64,000 nt of DNA from Octopus vulgaris (Eukaryota), in NCBI GenBank assembly GCA_951406725.2, contig OX597822.1, positions 38,192,001-38,256,000 on the forward strand. Reading direction: 5' to 3'. Position numbers and translations under genes: made by a program. Under the pieces are notes generated by a model that did no database searches, was not told where the DNA came from, and was given only the letters and a program-made list of their open reading frames with translations. This document shows, piece by piece, positions 43,633-56,289 of the stretch (positions within the stretch are counted from its first letter, which is position 1; the number at the start of each line of letters is the position of its first letter).

Positions 43633-44826
43633 CGGGCTTTTTTTAAAGTTTCCCTCAACCAAATGCACTCACAAGGCTTTAGTCGACCTGGGGCTATAGT
43701 AGAAGACACATGCCCAAGGTGCCACGCATGAGGTTCAACCCGGAACTATGTGGCTAGGAAGCAAACGTCTTACCACGCAGCCATGCCTTCGCCTAAAGTT
43801 ATGACCTCGGTCACTTACGCGCCATGCGAAATGGGTAACTGACCTACTGAGTCCTACAGCCCAAGGAAAAAAACAATGTTAAAGGTTAGTTGTAAGCAAT
43901 AAACAGCTGACGTCACTGCGTCCACGTTTGATTTGGTCTTACCATAAGTGGCACTCCATCGCTTACGACGACGAGCGTTACAGTTGATCCGATCAACGGG
44001 ACAGCCTGCCTGTGAAATTAACGTACAAGTGGTTGGATACTCCACAGACACGCGTACCCTTAAAGTAGTCCTTAGGGAGATTCAATGTGACACAGAGTGT
44101 GACAAGGCTGGCCCTTTGAAATAAGGGTACTGCTCATTTTTGCTAACAGAGTGGACTGGAGCAACATGAAATAAAGTGTCTTGCTCAAGGACACAAGGAG
44201 TCGCCGGGAATTGAAATCACGACCCTACGATTTTCAGCTGATTACCCTAACCACTAAACCACACACCTTCATATTCTAGCAATAATACTTTCTACTATAG
44301 GCACAAGGCCTGAGATTTTAGGGGAGGGGGCCTGTCGATTAGATCGACGCCAGTACACTACTGGTACTTCATTTATCGACCCCGAAAGGATGAAAGGTAA
44401 AGTCGGCTTCGGCGAAATTTGAACTCAGAACGGAGCGACGGGCGAAATACCACGAAGCATTTCGTCCAGCGCAGTAACGATTCTGCCAGCTCGCCGCCTT
44501 ATATTCCTAGCAATAATAGAACAAATTCTAGGTAAAGGAAGAATCTAGAAAGACTTTACTGTCAATGTCTGATAAAATGGTAAAAAAGAAATCCAAAGAT
44601 TGGCGGGAAATTTTGGTATTTCTTGGATAAGAACAACTTTACATTTTAAAAAAGCGGTACCAAACCCGCTATATCATAAATGAAGACGATATGATGTGTG
44701 TAGGATACCGACAGCGTGTACATATATCCTACATACAGTAGGATATGAATACAGAATATACTATGGGTATGCATTCTCACACGGAGTGAAATGACAGTAG
44801 GATCTGACGATGGATTTATTTAAATT

Positions 44827-44932
44827 ATCACCTGAGGAGGTGCATGTTACACCATGGAGTAATGATAATGATTACACAACATATCACCGATGCACTACGG
44901 GTGTAAAAATACGTTGAAACAATTGTAGTGAT
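44827..44932 (+). ncRNA. Type I hammerhead ribozyme motif with long loop 2
   Basis: atcac-CTGAGGA...GAAA-caatt-GTA-gtgat; palindromic CAATTG stem III; stem II closure weak. Confidence 0.55.
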
Positions 44933-45501
44933 TTTAAATGTCGCTCATTCCATTTTCTATTATTTATGTAAACATAAAGGTGGCAATTTGGCAGAATCGT
45001 TAGCACGCCGGGCGAAATGCTTCACATTTCGTCCGTCTTTACGTTCTGAGTTCAAATTCCGTCGAGGTCGACTTTGCCTTTCATCCTTTCGTGGTCGATA
45101 AATTAAGTGCCAGTTGAATACTGGAGTCGATATAATCGATTATCCCCCTTCCCAAAATGGTGGGCCTGGTGTCTATAGTAGAAAGGATTACCTTAATCAT
45201 AGTGTGTGTGTGTGTGTGTGTGCCACCACCGCTTGATAACCGGTGTTAGTGTGTTTACATACCCGTCAACCAGCAGTTCGCCAAAAGATACTGATAGAAC
45301 AAGTTTCCAGGCTTAACAAAAAAATAAGTACTGGGGTCGATTCATTCGAAAAATAATTTTTCAAAGTGATGCCCCAGCATGGCCGCAGTCTGTAACAAGT
45401 AAAATATATATACACACGCATATATATTTATATATATATATATATATATTGATATATCATATATTGATGTTTTATATATATGTTTCTCCATTCTCTAATT
45501 T

Positions 45502-45545
<44 letters not shown>

Positions 45546-45945
45546 TGTGTGGTAAGTAGCTTGCTAACCAACCACATGGTTCCGGGTTCAATCCCACTGC
45601 GTGGCATCTTGGGCAAGTCTCTTCTGCTATAGCCCCAGGCCGACCAATGCCTTGTGAGTGGATTTGGTAGACAGAAACTGAAAGAAGCCTGTCGTATATA
45701 TGTATATATATATGTGTGTGTTTGTGTGTCTGTGTTTGTCTCCCTAGCATTGCTTGACAACCGATGCTGGTGTGTTTACGTCCCCGTCACTTAGCAGTTC
45801 GATAGAATAAGTACTGGGCTTACAAGTCGATTTGCTCGACTAAAGGCGGTGCTCCAGCATGGCCGCAGTCAAATGACTGAAACAAGTAAAAGAGTATATA
45901 TATTTATATATATATATATATATATATAGGCAAACTTGGATATAC

Positions 45946-45977
<32 letters not shown>

Positions 45978-45978
<1 letters not shown>

Positions 45979-46208
45979 GAGTGTGGTCGTTGCCAGTACC
46001 GCCTGACTGGCCCTCGTGCCGGTGGCACGTAAAAAGCACCCACTACACTCTCGGAGTGGTTGGCGTTAGGAAGGGCATCCAGCTGTAGAAACCCTGCCAA
46101 ATCAAGATTGGAGCCTGGTGCAGCCATCTGGTTCACCAGCTCTCAGTCAAAATTGTCCAACCCATGCAAGCATGGAAAGCGGACGTTAAACGATGATGAT
46201 GATGATGA
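45978..46208 (+). mobile_element. Retroposon 3' portion ending in (GAT)n (also 50295-50716, 54986-55230 minus, 55640-55885, 61380-61580 minus)
   Basis: Shared ggttggcgttaggaagggcatccagctgtagaa...aacccatgcwagcatggaaag...aaacgatgatgatg. Confidence 0.8.
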
Positions 46209-46621
46209 TATGTATGAATAAATGTATAAATGAATGCACACACACTTTTCGTTCCTACCAAGAAGTCAACTTGACAATGTTGTACAAAGACAAAACACTA
46301 CGCAAGGGAGACAACCGCTTTCACTCAGTAAACCAGATTCAGCTATTTGTAATAATCACAGATGCTATTTATTGGTTATTGTTATCAAAATGAGTGTGGG
46401 TCCCAAATTCTATATTTTCTCATTATGTAATCCATCTGCTATTGTTATCAATGAAACTTCGTTCTAAAGTGATCACAATAACAGGTTTTCGTTACATATT
46501 AGTTCTCAAGCACGTTTGTAGACTGGTTTCCCCTGTCTTTGTGAGGGATCTTATCACTGTATGAGAAGTTATGGAGTAGTTACTCCTGACAGATCAAATA
46601 GGCTAACTTGGAAGGACTTAT

Positions 46622-47031
46622 AGTACTTTTTGGTTACCTGGCCCCCATTGAAAAATTGGGTTATCTCCTCTAACTAAAAAGATTGTTTAACCCTCAATAA
46701 AACAAAAAAATATGAAAAAATTAATAAACATGAAAAGCGAAAAGATTAAACGTCTTATTGAATCTGATAATATTTTTATAACAAATCATACGAAACTGAA
46801 AAAATAATAAACATGAAAACTGGAAAAATTAAACGTATTATTGAATCTAATAACATTTTGATAACAAATCATACCACATCAATTAAGGAGGTCAAAAGTC
46901 AACAATGTGTTGAAGTATTGAATTAAAAGGATCTAGCACTTTTAATCCAATCTCTTGTCGCCACATTAACTCGATTTTTTAGTGGGGAAATAACCCAATT
47001 TTTTAATGAGGTGAGAGAACCTAAAAGTACC
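46622..47031. mobile_element. Older MITE, 410 bp, imperfect TIRs, 8 bp TSD (Merlin-like)
   Basis: agtactttttggtt...cattgaaaaattgggttat versus ataacccaattttttaatg...aacctaaaagtacc; TSD ggacttat/ggacttac; internal ~80 bp tandem duplication. Confidence 0.75.
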
Positions 47032-47355
47032 GGACTTACTTATGTTGTCGGTCTGTGATTTGTGGAGCAAGAGGTCTGGAGGGTTATATCAATATTTTGT
47101 GGTCCGCATGGATCTGATGGGGAGAAGATGACACCTTGAAAAACCTGTTGCATGACGGGAAACCAAATAATAATAATAATCCTTTCTACTATAGGCACAA
47201 GGCCATCGACTCCCGTATGTAATTCATACTTATTTCATTGACCCCTGAAAGAATGAAAGGCAAAGTCGTCCTCAGCAGAATTTGAACTCAGAACATAAAG
47301 ACAGACTAAGCATTTTTCTCGGTGTGTTAAGAATTCTGCCAGCTTGCTGCCTTAT

Positions 47356-47408
<53 letters not shown>

Positions 47409-48947
47409 CCACAAAACCTGAAATTTGGTGGGAAGGGACCTGTCGATAACATCAACTCCAGTGTCTCACTGGTACTTAATTTATTGACCCCGAAAGGACG
47501 AAACGCAAAGTCGACCTCAGCAGGATTTGAACTCAGAACATGTTGGAAGAAATGCTGCAATGCATTTTGTCCAACATGCCAATAATTCTATCTACTCGCC
47601 ATCTTAATAATCTACTATAATAATACTCTTGAATTTTTCTCCGTCACAACATAGGAATGAGAAAGGAAGAGGTGATAGCGGAATAAGGAAGGAAGGGGTG
47701 ATAGCAAACTGGTAGTGGGAGCGTTTCAACTCTGTGAGAGTATATGTGTGTGTATGTAAAACGGAGATGTGTGTGTGTGTGTGCAATGGAAGTGGGTTGG
47801 TGAACATTCAACACTGAAAAGAAAAATCAAAGTATATTGTGAGTATATGTGTGTATATGAACGAGGAAAGTATGTGAATGTTTGTATGTGTGTGCATGTA
47901 CAAGGGAAGTAACAAACGATGATTGATTTCAAGTCTCAGAAGACAACCACTACATAATATTGACATGTGTAGGTGTCGGAGTGGCTGTGTGGTAAGTAGC
48001 TTGCTTAACAACCACATGGTTCCAGGTTCAGTCTCACTGTGTGGCACTTTGGGTAAGTGTCTTCTACTATAGCCTCGGGCCAACCAGAGCCTTGTGAGTG
48101 GATTTGGTAGACGGAAACTGAAAGAAGCCTATTGTATATATATATCACATTCACATACCTCCCTTTTACATACACACACATATATATGTGTGTGTGTCTG
48201 TGTTTGTCCTCCCAACATCGCTTGACAACCGATGCTGGTGTGTTTACGTTCCCGTAACTTAGTGGATCAGCAAAAAAGCCCAATAGAATAAGTACTAAGC
48301 TTACAAAGAATAAGTCCTGGGGTCGATTTGCTCGACTAAAGCTGGTGCTCTAGCATGGCCACAGTCAAATGACTGAAACAAATAAAAGAGTAAGTGTATT
48401 TATTTGACTTACCATCCATATTCATATATGAAATACTACAATTAGCCATTATTTTTGATGGCACACGGCAAGCTTGTGATAATAATAATAATAATAATAA
48501 TAATGGTCTCAAAATTTTGCACAGGGCCAGCAGTTTTTTGAGTTGGGTAGGAAGTTGGTAACATCAATACTGGTATTAGACTGGTACTTATTTTATCGAC
48601 CCCAAAAGGATGCAAAGCAAAGCTGACCTCAGTGGAATTTGAACTCAGAACATAAAGCCAGATAAAATGCTGCTAAGCAATTTGCCTGGTGTGCTAACCG
48701 TTCTGCCAGCTCACCACCTCAGTAATCCTTTCTATTACAGGCACAAGGCCTGAAATTTTGGGGGAAGGGCCTAATCGATTACATTGACCCCAGTGTTTCA
48801 CTGGTACTTAATTTATTGACTCTGAAGGGATGAAAAGCTAAGTTGTCTTCAGCAGAATTTGAACTCAAAACATAACATTGGAAGAAATACCGCTAAACAT
48901 TTCAACCAACATGCTAACGAATCTGCCAGCTCACTGCCTTAATAATA

Positions 48948-48978
<31 letters not shown>

Positions 48979-48979
48979 A

Positions 48980-49509
48980 TGCCCTGATGCAGTACCAGAC
49001 AGTGGCTCTTGTGGCTTCTGATCTTAACTGATTGGAAGTGTTATCATTTACATTGTTTTGTCTTGCTATAAAAGATGGGCTACAGTAAATATTCTGGTCA
49101 ATATCACAGACTTGCTTGTCAGTTTGACCTTAACCAGTTAAGCATGTCCCTTAGTGGTTGACGATATGTGCATCTCTGATCATGAGCAGAAGTAGTGGGG
49201 GAGCATCATAGCCATGTGTTGAGAGGGATTCTCTGGAAACATGGGTGTTTCGTTCAACATCCTTAAACAACCCTTATTCAGGGACCTTTTGAGCGGGATG
49301 GGTTACTTGACCAGAAGAAAATTCTAACTGGGCCCCACCAGCAAGGTCATGTGCTGTTTATCTTGATATGAGATCACCATGTCACACACACAAGGTTGTG
49401 ATGCATGTGCCTGGTGTACCCTTATCAGACGAGTAGCCATGATGGGTATACTGGGCTTCGTATATTTTACCCCAATGTCACTTTGATGGCATGCACTGCT
49501 CTCTCACTC
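48980..49509 (+). mobile_element. ~530 bp non-coding element embedded in (TAA)n, apparently full length
   Basis: Starts tgccctgatgcagtacc, ends gctctctcactc; (TAA)n on both sides; three more copies in the window. Confidence 0.85.
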
Positions 49510-49617
49510 AATAATAATAATAATAATAATAATAAATAGTAATGGGAAGGGGAGGGAGAGGGAGAAAGAGAGAGCATGAAGTAATCCTTTTCTAAAATAC
49601 TGTTGTTGTTTTTGTAG

Positions 49618-49802
49618 GAAGAGCAGTGTGTGACAGCAATGGATCAATGATGAACACTTCTTGCCTGCAGGCCGGAGGAGGAGCAATAGCTGCAGCAGCA
49701 GCTGAATACAGGACATCAGAAATGACAAGTGGTGCAGCCAGTTTGTCACAACTCCGCCTCAAAGCAAAAGAACACTCCCAGTTTTTGGTGACATCTCAGT
49801 GA
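49618..49802 (+). CDS. Terminal exon of a paired-like homeobox gene with OAR domain: (G)RAVCDSNGSMMNTSCLQAGGGAIAAAAAEYRTSEMTSGAASLSQLRLKAKEHSQFLVTSQ*
   Basis: Pyrimidine-rich acceptor tgttgtttttgtAG, phase 1, 60 codons to TGA, locally GC-rich; SLSQLRLKAKEH fits the OAR consensus SSIAxLRLKAKEH near the C-terminus; family (Alx/Arx/Rax/Prrx etc.) cannot be assigned. Confidence 0.85.
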
Positions 49803-50034
49803 GATTTCCACTACACTGCTAGCAGAGTCACCGCCATCAACATACTGGTATACACCACACCACCACACACACATATATATACATATATATATATATATAT
49901 TGTATTACAACCATTCATTTATTTTTATTTTCTGGTGTTTTTAACATTATATTATCATTATTATTATTATTATTATTATGATTTATACATATTTTTTGCC
50001 GTGCCATGTGTTCTTAGTTTAAGCACAGTTAATG

Positions 50035-50040
50035 AATAAA
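50035..50040 (+). promoter_or_regulatory. Candidate polyadenylation signal of the OAR gene
   Basis: AATAAA about 230 nt after the stop. Confidence 0.4.
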
Positions 50041-50207
50041 ATTATTGCTGTGAAAAGAAAAATTTCTTTCAATTTTTGCTTCCAAGAGATTTGACTGTTG
50101 TCTGTTCATAGAAAAGTGTCTTAACCAAAAACAGAATTATTTTCAGTTTTATTCATAAAAATATTGATAATTGAATGAAAAAAGAACAGAAATTCCTGTT
50201 CCAGTGC

Positions 50208-50835
50208 TTAACTTTTTGGCATTCAGGTTATTCTATCAAATGTAAGGCTTATTTGTTCACAGTGCTTTGAATTAATCATGCATTATCTCATAGCCAGTGT
50301 GATCGTTGCCAGAGCAGCTAACTGGCTTCCATGCCGGTGGCATGTAAAAAGCACCATTCAAGCATGATCGTTACCAGCACCGCCTTACTGGCACTTGTGC
50401 TGGTGGTATGTGAAAAAAAACATTCGAGCGAGGGCATTGCCAGTGCTGCTGGACTGGCTCTTGTGCAGGTGACACGTAAAAAACACCATTTGAGTGTGCT
50501 TGTTGCCAGTACCGCCTGACTGGCCCTCGTGCCGGTGGCATGTAAAAGTACCCACTACACTCTCAGAGTTGTTGGCATTAGTAAGGGCATCCAGCTGTAG
50601 AAACTCTACCAGATCAACATTGGAGCCTGGTGCAGCCATCTGGTTCGCCAGTCCTCAGTCAAATCGTCCAACCCATGCTATCATGGAAAGCAGGCGTTAA
50701 ACAATGATGATGATGACTGTAAATGTTTTAGAGTAACATTGTAGGGTAGGTACGAGAGGCTAGATCTGGCCAATTTGAACCTAAAACACAGAATATTTTG
50801 ACCAGATGCAGTCAGTTTAAATACTAAATGGTTAA
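50208..50835. mobile_element. TTAA-flanked piggyBac-like MITE interrupted by a retroposon (related pieces at 54165-54310 and 60007-60260)
   Basis: ttaa..tttggcattcag start and tactaaatgg-ttaa end; shared internal sequence gcttatttrttcacattgctttgaattaatcatg. Confidence 0.55.
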
Positions 50836-50889
50836 TATTATGCTCTGTACTCACCTAACACTTTATTTTAAAGTATTTAAAGTATTCTT

Positions 50890-51652
50890 TTTTTTTCTGG
50901 CGAGACTAAAATCAACTAGTTTGGGTCAGATAGTATTAAATGAGTATGGCAACGACCAGGTGAAGGTAACAGCGACAAATTCACTATGTCTACTATGAAA
51001 CATGGCAGCAGAAGATGCATGAGAGCAGCTGGTGTGAGAGGACTCACATTTACTGAGAGAACAATGGATTCAAGGCTTTATTGTGACATACTGCAGAAAA
51101 CAATGTTAAAAAGCATCAAGGAATTAGGAAGACATTCTAAGTTCCATGATAACGACCCTAAACAAACTTCAAAAATGACGACTAAGTTTTTATCAGATAA
51201 AAAGATAAAGTTATGGCCTCAGTCTACCATGTCACCTGATTTAATCCCAATAGAATATCTGTGGAGTGTTTTGAAAAGGGAGATTGAGGAGGAAACAAAA
51301 AATGCAATGTAATACTGTTGAAAGATATCATTCAGGATGAATAGACATCAATTTCATCAGTTATATGAGGAAATTTAGTTGACTTTATGCCCAGAAGACT
51401 TAATGCAGTTATTAAAAGCAAGGGCGGTCACACCAAATATTGAATATAGCAAATAATCTTTTAGGGTGTACATATTTTTGTATTATTTCAAAATTAATAT
51501 TTCGTTCATATCTTTGAAAATGTTTATTGTTTTGTGTTCCAAATTTGCATGTATATCTTATTCAGTGTAAATTTCATTTGATTTTATATTATCAGTGTAA
51601 TGGCAATTTTATTGAAAATTTTTAGGGGTGTATATACTTCTATGAGATACTG
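50890..51652 (+). mobile_element. Tc1-family DNA transposon, 3' half (dead DDE transposase and right end)
   Basis: TMKHG...HDNDPKQTSK...SPDLIPIEYLWSVLKR...MPRRLNAVIKSKGGHTKY*; end ggggtgtatatacttctatgagatactg. Confidence 0.85.
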
Positions 51653-52110
51653 ATATAGATGTGTATACACACACATGCACAAGATATGGGCTTCTTTCAG
51701 TTACCTTCTACCAAATCCACTCACAAGGCTTTTGTAGGCCCAAGGCTATAACAGAAGACACTTACCCAAGGTTCAACACAGTGGAACTGAACCCAGAACC
51801 ATGTAGTTGGGAAACATGCTTTTTACTACACATCCATGACTGATATATACACACACATATAAAATGGCCATTCAGTTTCTGTCTACCAAATTCACTCACA
51901 AATCTTTGGTCAGCGTGGGGCTATAGTTGATACCAAGAAGTCATGTAATGAGACAGAACCTGAAACCATGTGGATGGGATGCAAGTTTCTTGCCATACTG
52001 GCATCACTGCCTGAATTGGTAAACATTGCTCAATAATGAAAAGTCTTAAATGGTAGGAGTAGATTCTCGTCAATGCGTAATAACCTATAAACTGATCCAT
52101 GAGTAATATC

Positions 52111-52518
52111 GGATCTTTTCGGTTTGAACGGCAGTTTTTAACATAATTTCTAGGTAACTAAAAAATTTTAAACTTCGTATACTGATAGAATGTTTATAAA
52201 ACATTTTTTTCTCTTGGCTTTATTGAGAAAATTCTATAGTTTGTAAGATATTTGTTGTTTTTTCTTCAATTTCTGCAATCTCAACCAATCACTGACGTCT
52301 ATTGAGGTAAAAAAACATTCTGTGCCGTATGAATATGTCCCTCGTTTAAGAAACAGATTGGGTTTATTTACATTTGTGAAGAAAAAAAGATACCCTTCCG
52401 CCCACCTCTAACCCTAAAACAGATTGAAATGCAATAGATCGATACTAGGGTCGTAATTATGGGTGACAATTTCATATGACACCACTAGAAAAAACTGCCA
52501 TTCAAACCGAAAAGATCC
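52111..52518. mobile_element. MITE, 408 bp, GG...CC termini, 8 bp TSD (Merlin-like)
   Basis: TIR ggatcttttcggtttgaacggcagttttt / aaaaactgccattcaaaccgaaaagatcc; TSD gtaatatc at 52103-52110 and 52519-52526. Confidence 0.88.
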
Positions 52519-52526
52519 GTAATATC

Positions 52527-52740
52527 ATCCGGAGATGAAGGAATGCCACAATCATGCCAAAGTAATTCAGAAGTACAAAGCTAATGGACAGCTAAGCAAT
52601 AAACATCGTCCAGGTCATCCTTCTATTTTAACTGTGCATGATATTCGCCACATCCAAAGTTACGTGATGGACGAGAGGTATTGTACTGCTTCATCTTTGG
52701 CCCAAGAGTTCTGTTATATCAAAGGGGACCTTACAGTAGA
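52527..52740 (+). mobile_element. Tc1 transposase N-terminal DNA-binding remnant
   Basis: KVIQKYKANG..NKHRPGHPSILTVHDIRHI...TASSLAQE resembles the Tc1 GRPR..LT.RD.R.I..TA..L region. Confidence 0.65.
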
Positions 52741-53287
52741 GACTTCCTTTCACGAGGCAACCATTTATATCCTCCTCACCAGTTCTTGTCATGCACAGTC
52801 AACGATGTTTGACAAGGGAGATAACTCCCCTATCTATAAAAATCCGTAGAGCCTTTCAGAATATCACAAATAAGTTTGGATGTGTTGTCAGTGTCCAGAT
52901 ATCGAGAAGAAATTGGTGAAATCAGAGAACAAATGATAAAGAAGCTGGTCAAAATGTATGGAGAAGTCTCTTCCACTATAGCCTTGGGCCAAACAAAGCC
53001 TTGTGGGTGGATTTGGTAGACGAAAACTGAAAGAATCCTATCATATATGTGTGTATATTTATGTATGTGTCCCTTTGTTTGTCCCCCATAACCCACACTT
53101 GACAACCGATGTTGGTGTGTTTATTTCCCCATAACTTTGCAGTTCAGCAAGAGACCAATAGAATATTTACCAGGCTTAGAAAGAATAAGTCCTGGGGGGG
53201 TCGATGTCTTCAACTAAAACCCCCTTTAAGGCAGTGCTCCAGCCTGGCTGCAATCAGATGACTGAAACAAGTGTGTGTATATATGTA

Positions 53288-53340
<53 letters not shown>

Positions 53341-54491
53341 ACATATATATGATAGATACTCTCTTTTTACTTGTTTCAGTCATTTGACTGTGGCCATGCT
53401 GGAGCATCACCTTCAGTCGAGCAAATCAACACCAGGACTTATTCTTTGTAAGCCTAATACTTATTCTATCAGTTTCTTTTGCCGAACTGCCAAGTTACGG
53501 GGATGTAAACACACCAGCATCGGTTGTCAAGCAATGTGGGGGGGGGGGGTACAAATACAGACACACAAACATACATATATACGACAGGCTTCTTTCAGTT
53601 TCCATCTACCAAATCCACTCACAAGGCTTTGGTCAGACCAAGGCTACAGCAGAAGACACAATATATAGATATAATTTTATTTGTAAATTAAGGCTACCAT
53701 TGGTTTCATGTAAAACAAAGTAGGAAAATATCCTAGTGTCTTAATTTTTCAATCACATATCCTAGTGTCTTAATTTTTCAATCACATGGAGGAAAGGTGT
53801 TAGTCTCCATTTTTGTGAATACCTTTCTACCATGAGATTGGCTTGAAAAATTGTTCACACTGGGAGGTTTTCCTACTTTTCTAACCATGAAACCAATGGC
53901 AACCTTAATTCACAAATAAACTATCTACCAATGCAGTATTAAGCACTTGTTTTTATCGGACATTTATGTGTGTGTCCCCACCACTGCTGGACACTTGTTT
54001 TGTTTGCATCCCTGTAACTTAGAGGTTCTATTGAGGTCGATTTGTTCGACTAAACCCTTCACTACCGTTCCCTAGCATGGCCACAGTCCAATGACAAACA
54101 AGTAAAAAAAGGAATTCCATTAACTTCTCACTGAATTCATATTCTTTTACTTAAAATTTTAGTTTAATCTTTTGGCAATCAGATTATTTTTTGGCAAATG
54201 CAATGCTTATTTATTCATATTGCTTTGAATTAATCATGAATTGTCTTGAAGCATCAAAATTGTGATCATGTGACTGTTTTATTTTTAGAATATTGTAGTG
54301 TAGATGCCCTCATCACATACTTTTTCATACTACCAATAAGCACAGCACCCACTAACTTTATTTTCTGGCATACAAACTGAATTTTTCAAACCAACAAAGG
54401 TAGGTTGAATTATACACAAAGATGACTTTAGACAACCAAATCTTCCAAGTGAAATGCAGCAGTATTTGGAAGTGAAAATGAATGTTTACAC

Positions 54492-54658
54492 CAGTGGTTT
54501 TCAACCAGGGTTCCAAAACCGTTAAAATTGGCAGTAATTTTTAAGTCTCCTGTGCAGATATGTGTGCATAAGACTATTAAATTATTGCACAGGGGTTCCT
54601 CAAGCCAGTGGAATGTTTCCTTGGGGTTCCGCTCCAGCAAAAAGTTTGAAAAGCACTG
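54492..54658. mobile_element. hAT (Charlie-type) MITE, 167 bp
   Basis: cagtggttttcaa...ttgaaaagcactg termini; perfect 8 bp TSD gtttacac. Confidence 0.88.
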
Positions 54659-56289
54659 GTTTACACTACATACACCGTGTACGCCCAAAAATGATACTTC
54701 TGCACACTTCCAAAGCCAGATACCCTTTTACTTTCATCTACATATTTATTCCAACCTCCATAACTCCCTCATCCCATAAGAACAGTTTCCCCATCCCTTC
54801 GTTTCTAAACAAAAACCTTCTCACTGTTTCTTTCTTCTGATGAGGGACGAACACACTAAATGTTTAAACATTTTCTTCACTTCTCATTAGTGTTAAAGCT
54901 AATTCCATATTTACCTGTATTATCCTCTAGATTTACACTACATACATATTTTAAATTTTTAAGCTGTCATGTTTCATATATATATATCATCATCATTTAA
55001 CATCTGCTTTCCATGCTAGCATGGGATGGATGATTTGACTGAGGACTGGCAAACCAGATGGCTGCACCAGGCTCCAATGTTGATCTGGCAGTTTCTACAG
55101 CCGCATGCCCTTCCTAATGCCAACCACTCCGAGTGTAGTGGGTGCTTTTATGTGCCACCGACATAGGGGCCAGTCTGGTGGTATTGGCAATGACCTCGCT
55201 CGAATGTTTTTTCACATGCCACTAGCACAAGTGCCAGTAACATGGCGCTGGTTAGCCGTATACTATCTTAGGCATATTAACTGTGAGAAATTTCTTTTGA
55301 TATTGAATTTCATGCTGTTATTTCAAAATACAGTATATATTTTAAACACACATACACATATATCTCATGTGGGTCTCACAGAGGTGAGCAACAAAGTGGT
55401 GAAGTATGATCTTCAAATGTTGGGCTTCAGGCAAGAAATGACAAGTGACCAAGACCTTTGGCAATATGCTGTGCTTGAAAGTCGGAAACTGGCAGAAATT
55501 TATGTTCTGAGTTCAAATTCTACTGAGGTCAACTTTGCCTTTCATCCTCTCAATAAAGTATTAGTTGTGTAACCGACTGGTCCCCTCCCCCAAAATTTCA
55601 GGCCTTGTGCCAAGAGTAGAAAAGAATATGCTATGCTTGAGAAGACATGTCGAGTGAAATCATAGTTGTGGCCGTTGCTAGTGTTATGTAAATAGCACCC
55701 ACCCGTGACAGTAGAACATAAAAGACACCCATTACACTCTCGGAATGGATGGTGTCAGAAGGGGCATCCACCCATAGAAATCATACCAAACCAGACTGGA
55801 ATCTGGAGCAGTTCTCTGGCTTACTAGTTCCAAACTGTCTAACCCATTCTAGCATCGAGAGCAGATGTTAAATGATTATGATGATCATGTGATTGACCAA
55901 TCAGATGTTACACATCACTAGTCATAATGCACTTTGCATCATTTTAGCTATACAAACGATGTCACCCTGCTGGTTAGAGGACCAGGTCAACATTTCCTCT
56001 GACTGGAAGGCTAGTCCTTGGCAGGGCTACCTATTCACAGCTGAGTGGACTTGGTGTAAAGGTGAAATGAAGTGTTTTGTTCATTGCACAACTGGTCTGG
56101 GAATTGAACCCATAATCTCATGATCATGTGTATTGCACCTAACCACTAAGCCACACACCTTCACATATATAAACATTAATACGTGTACACACATCCTTAT
56201 ACAAATACTGGTACATAAACAGACATACCTACATATACACATATGCAGTTATACATACGTGTATTTATACCTCAACATATACACACACA

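Noticed and set aside
48980-49330. HDV-like ribozyme at the 5' end of the TAA-embedded element (ccctga pairing with tcaggg)
   Set aside because: I could not build P2, P3, P1.1 or the L3 consensus; a 6 bp match alone is not evidence.
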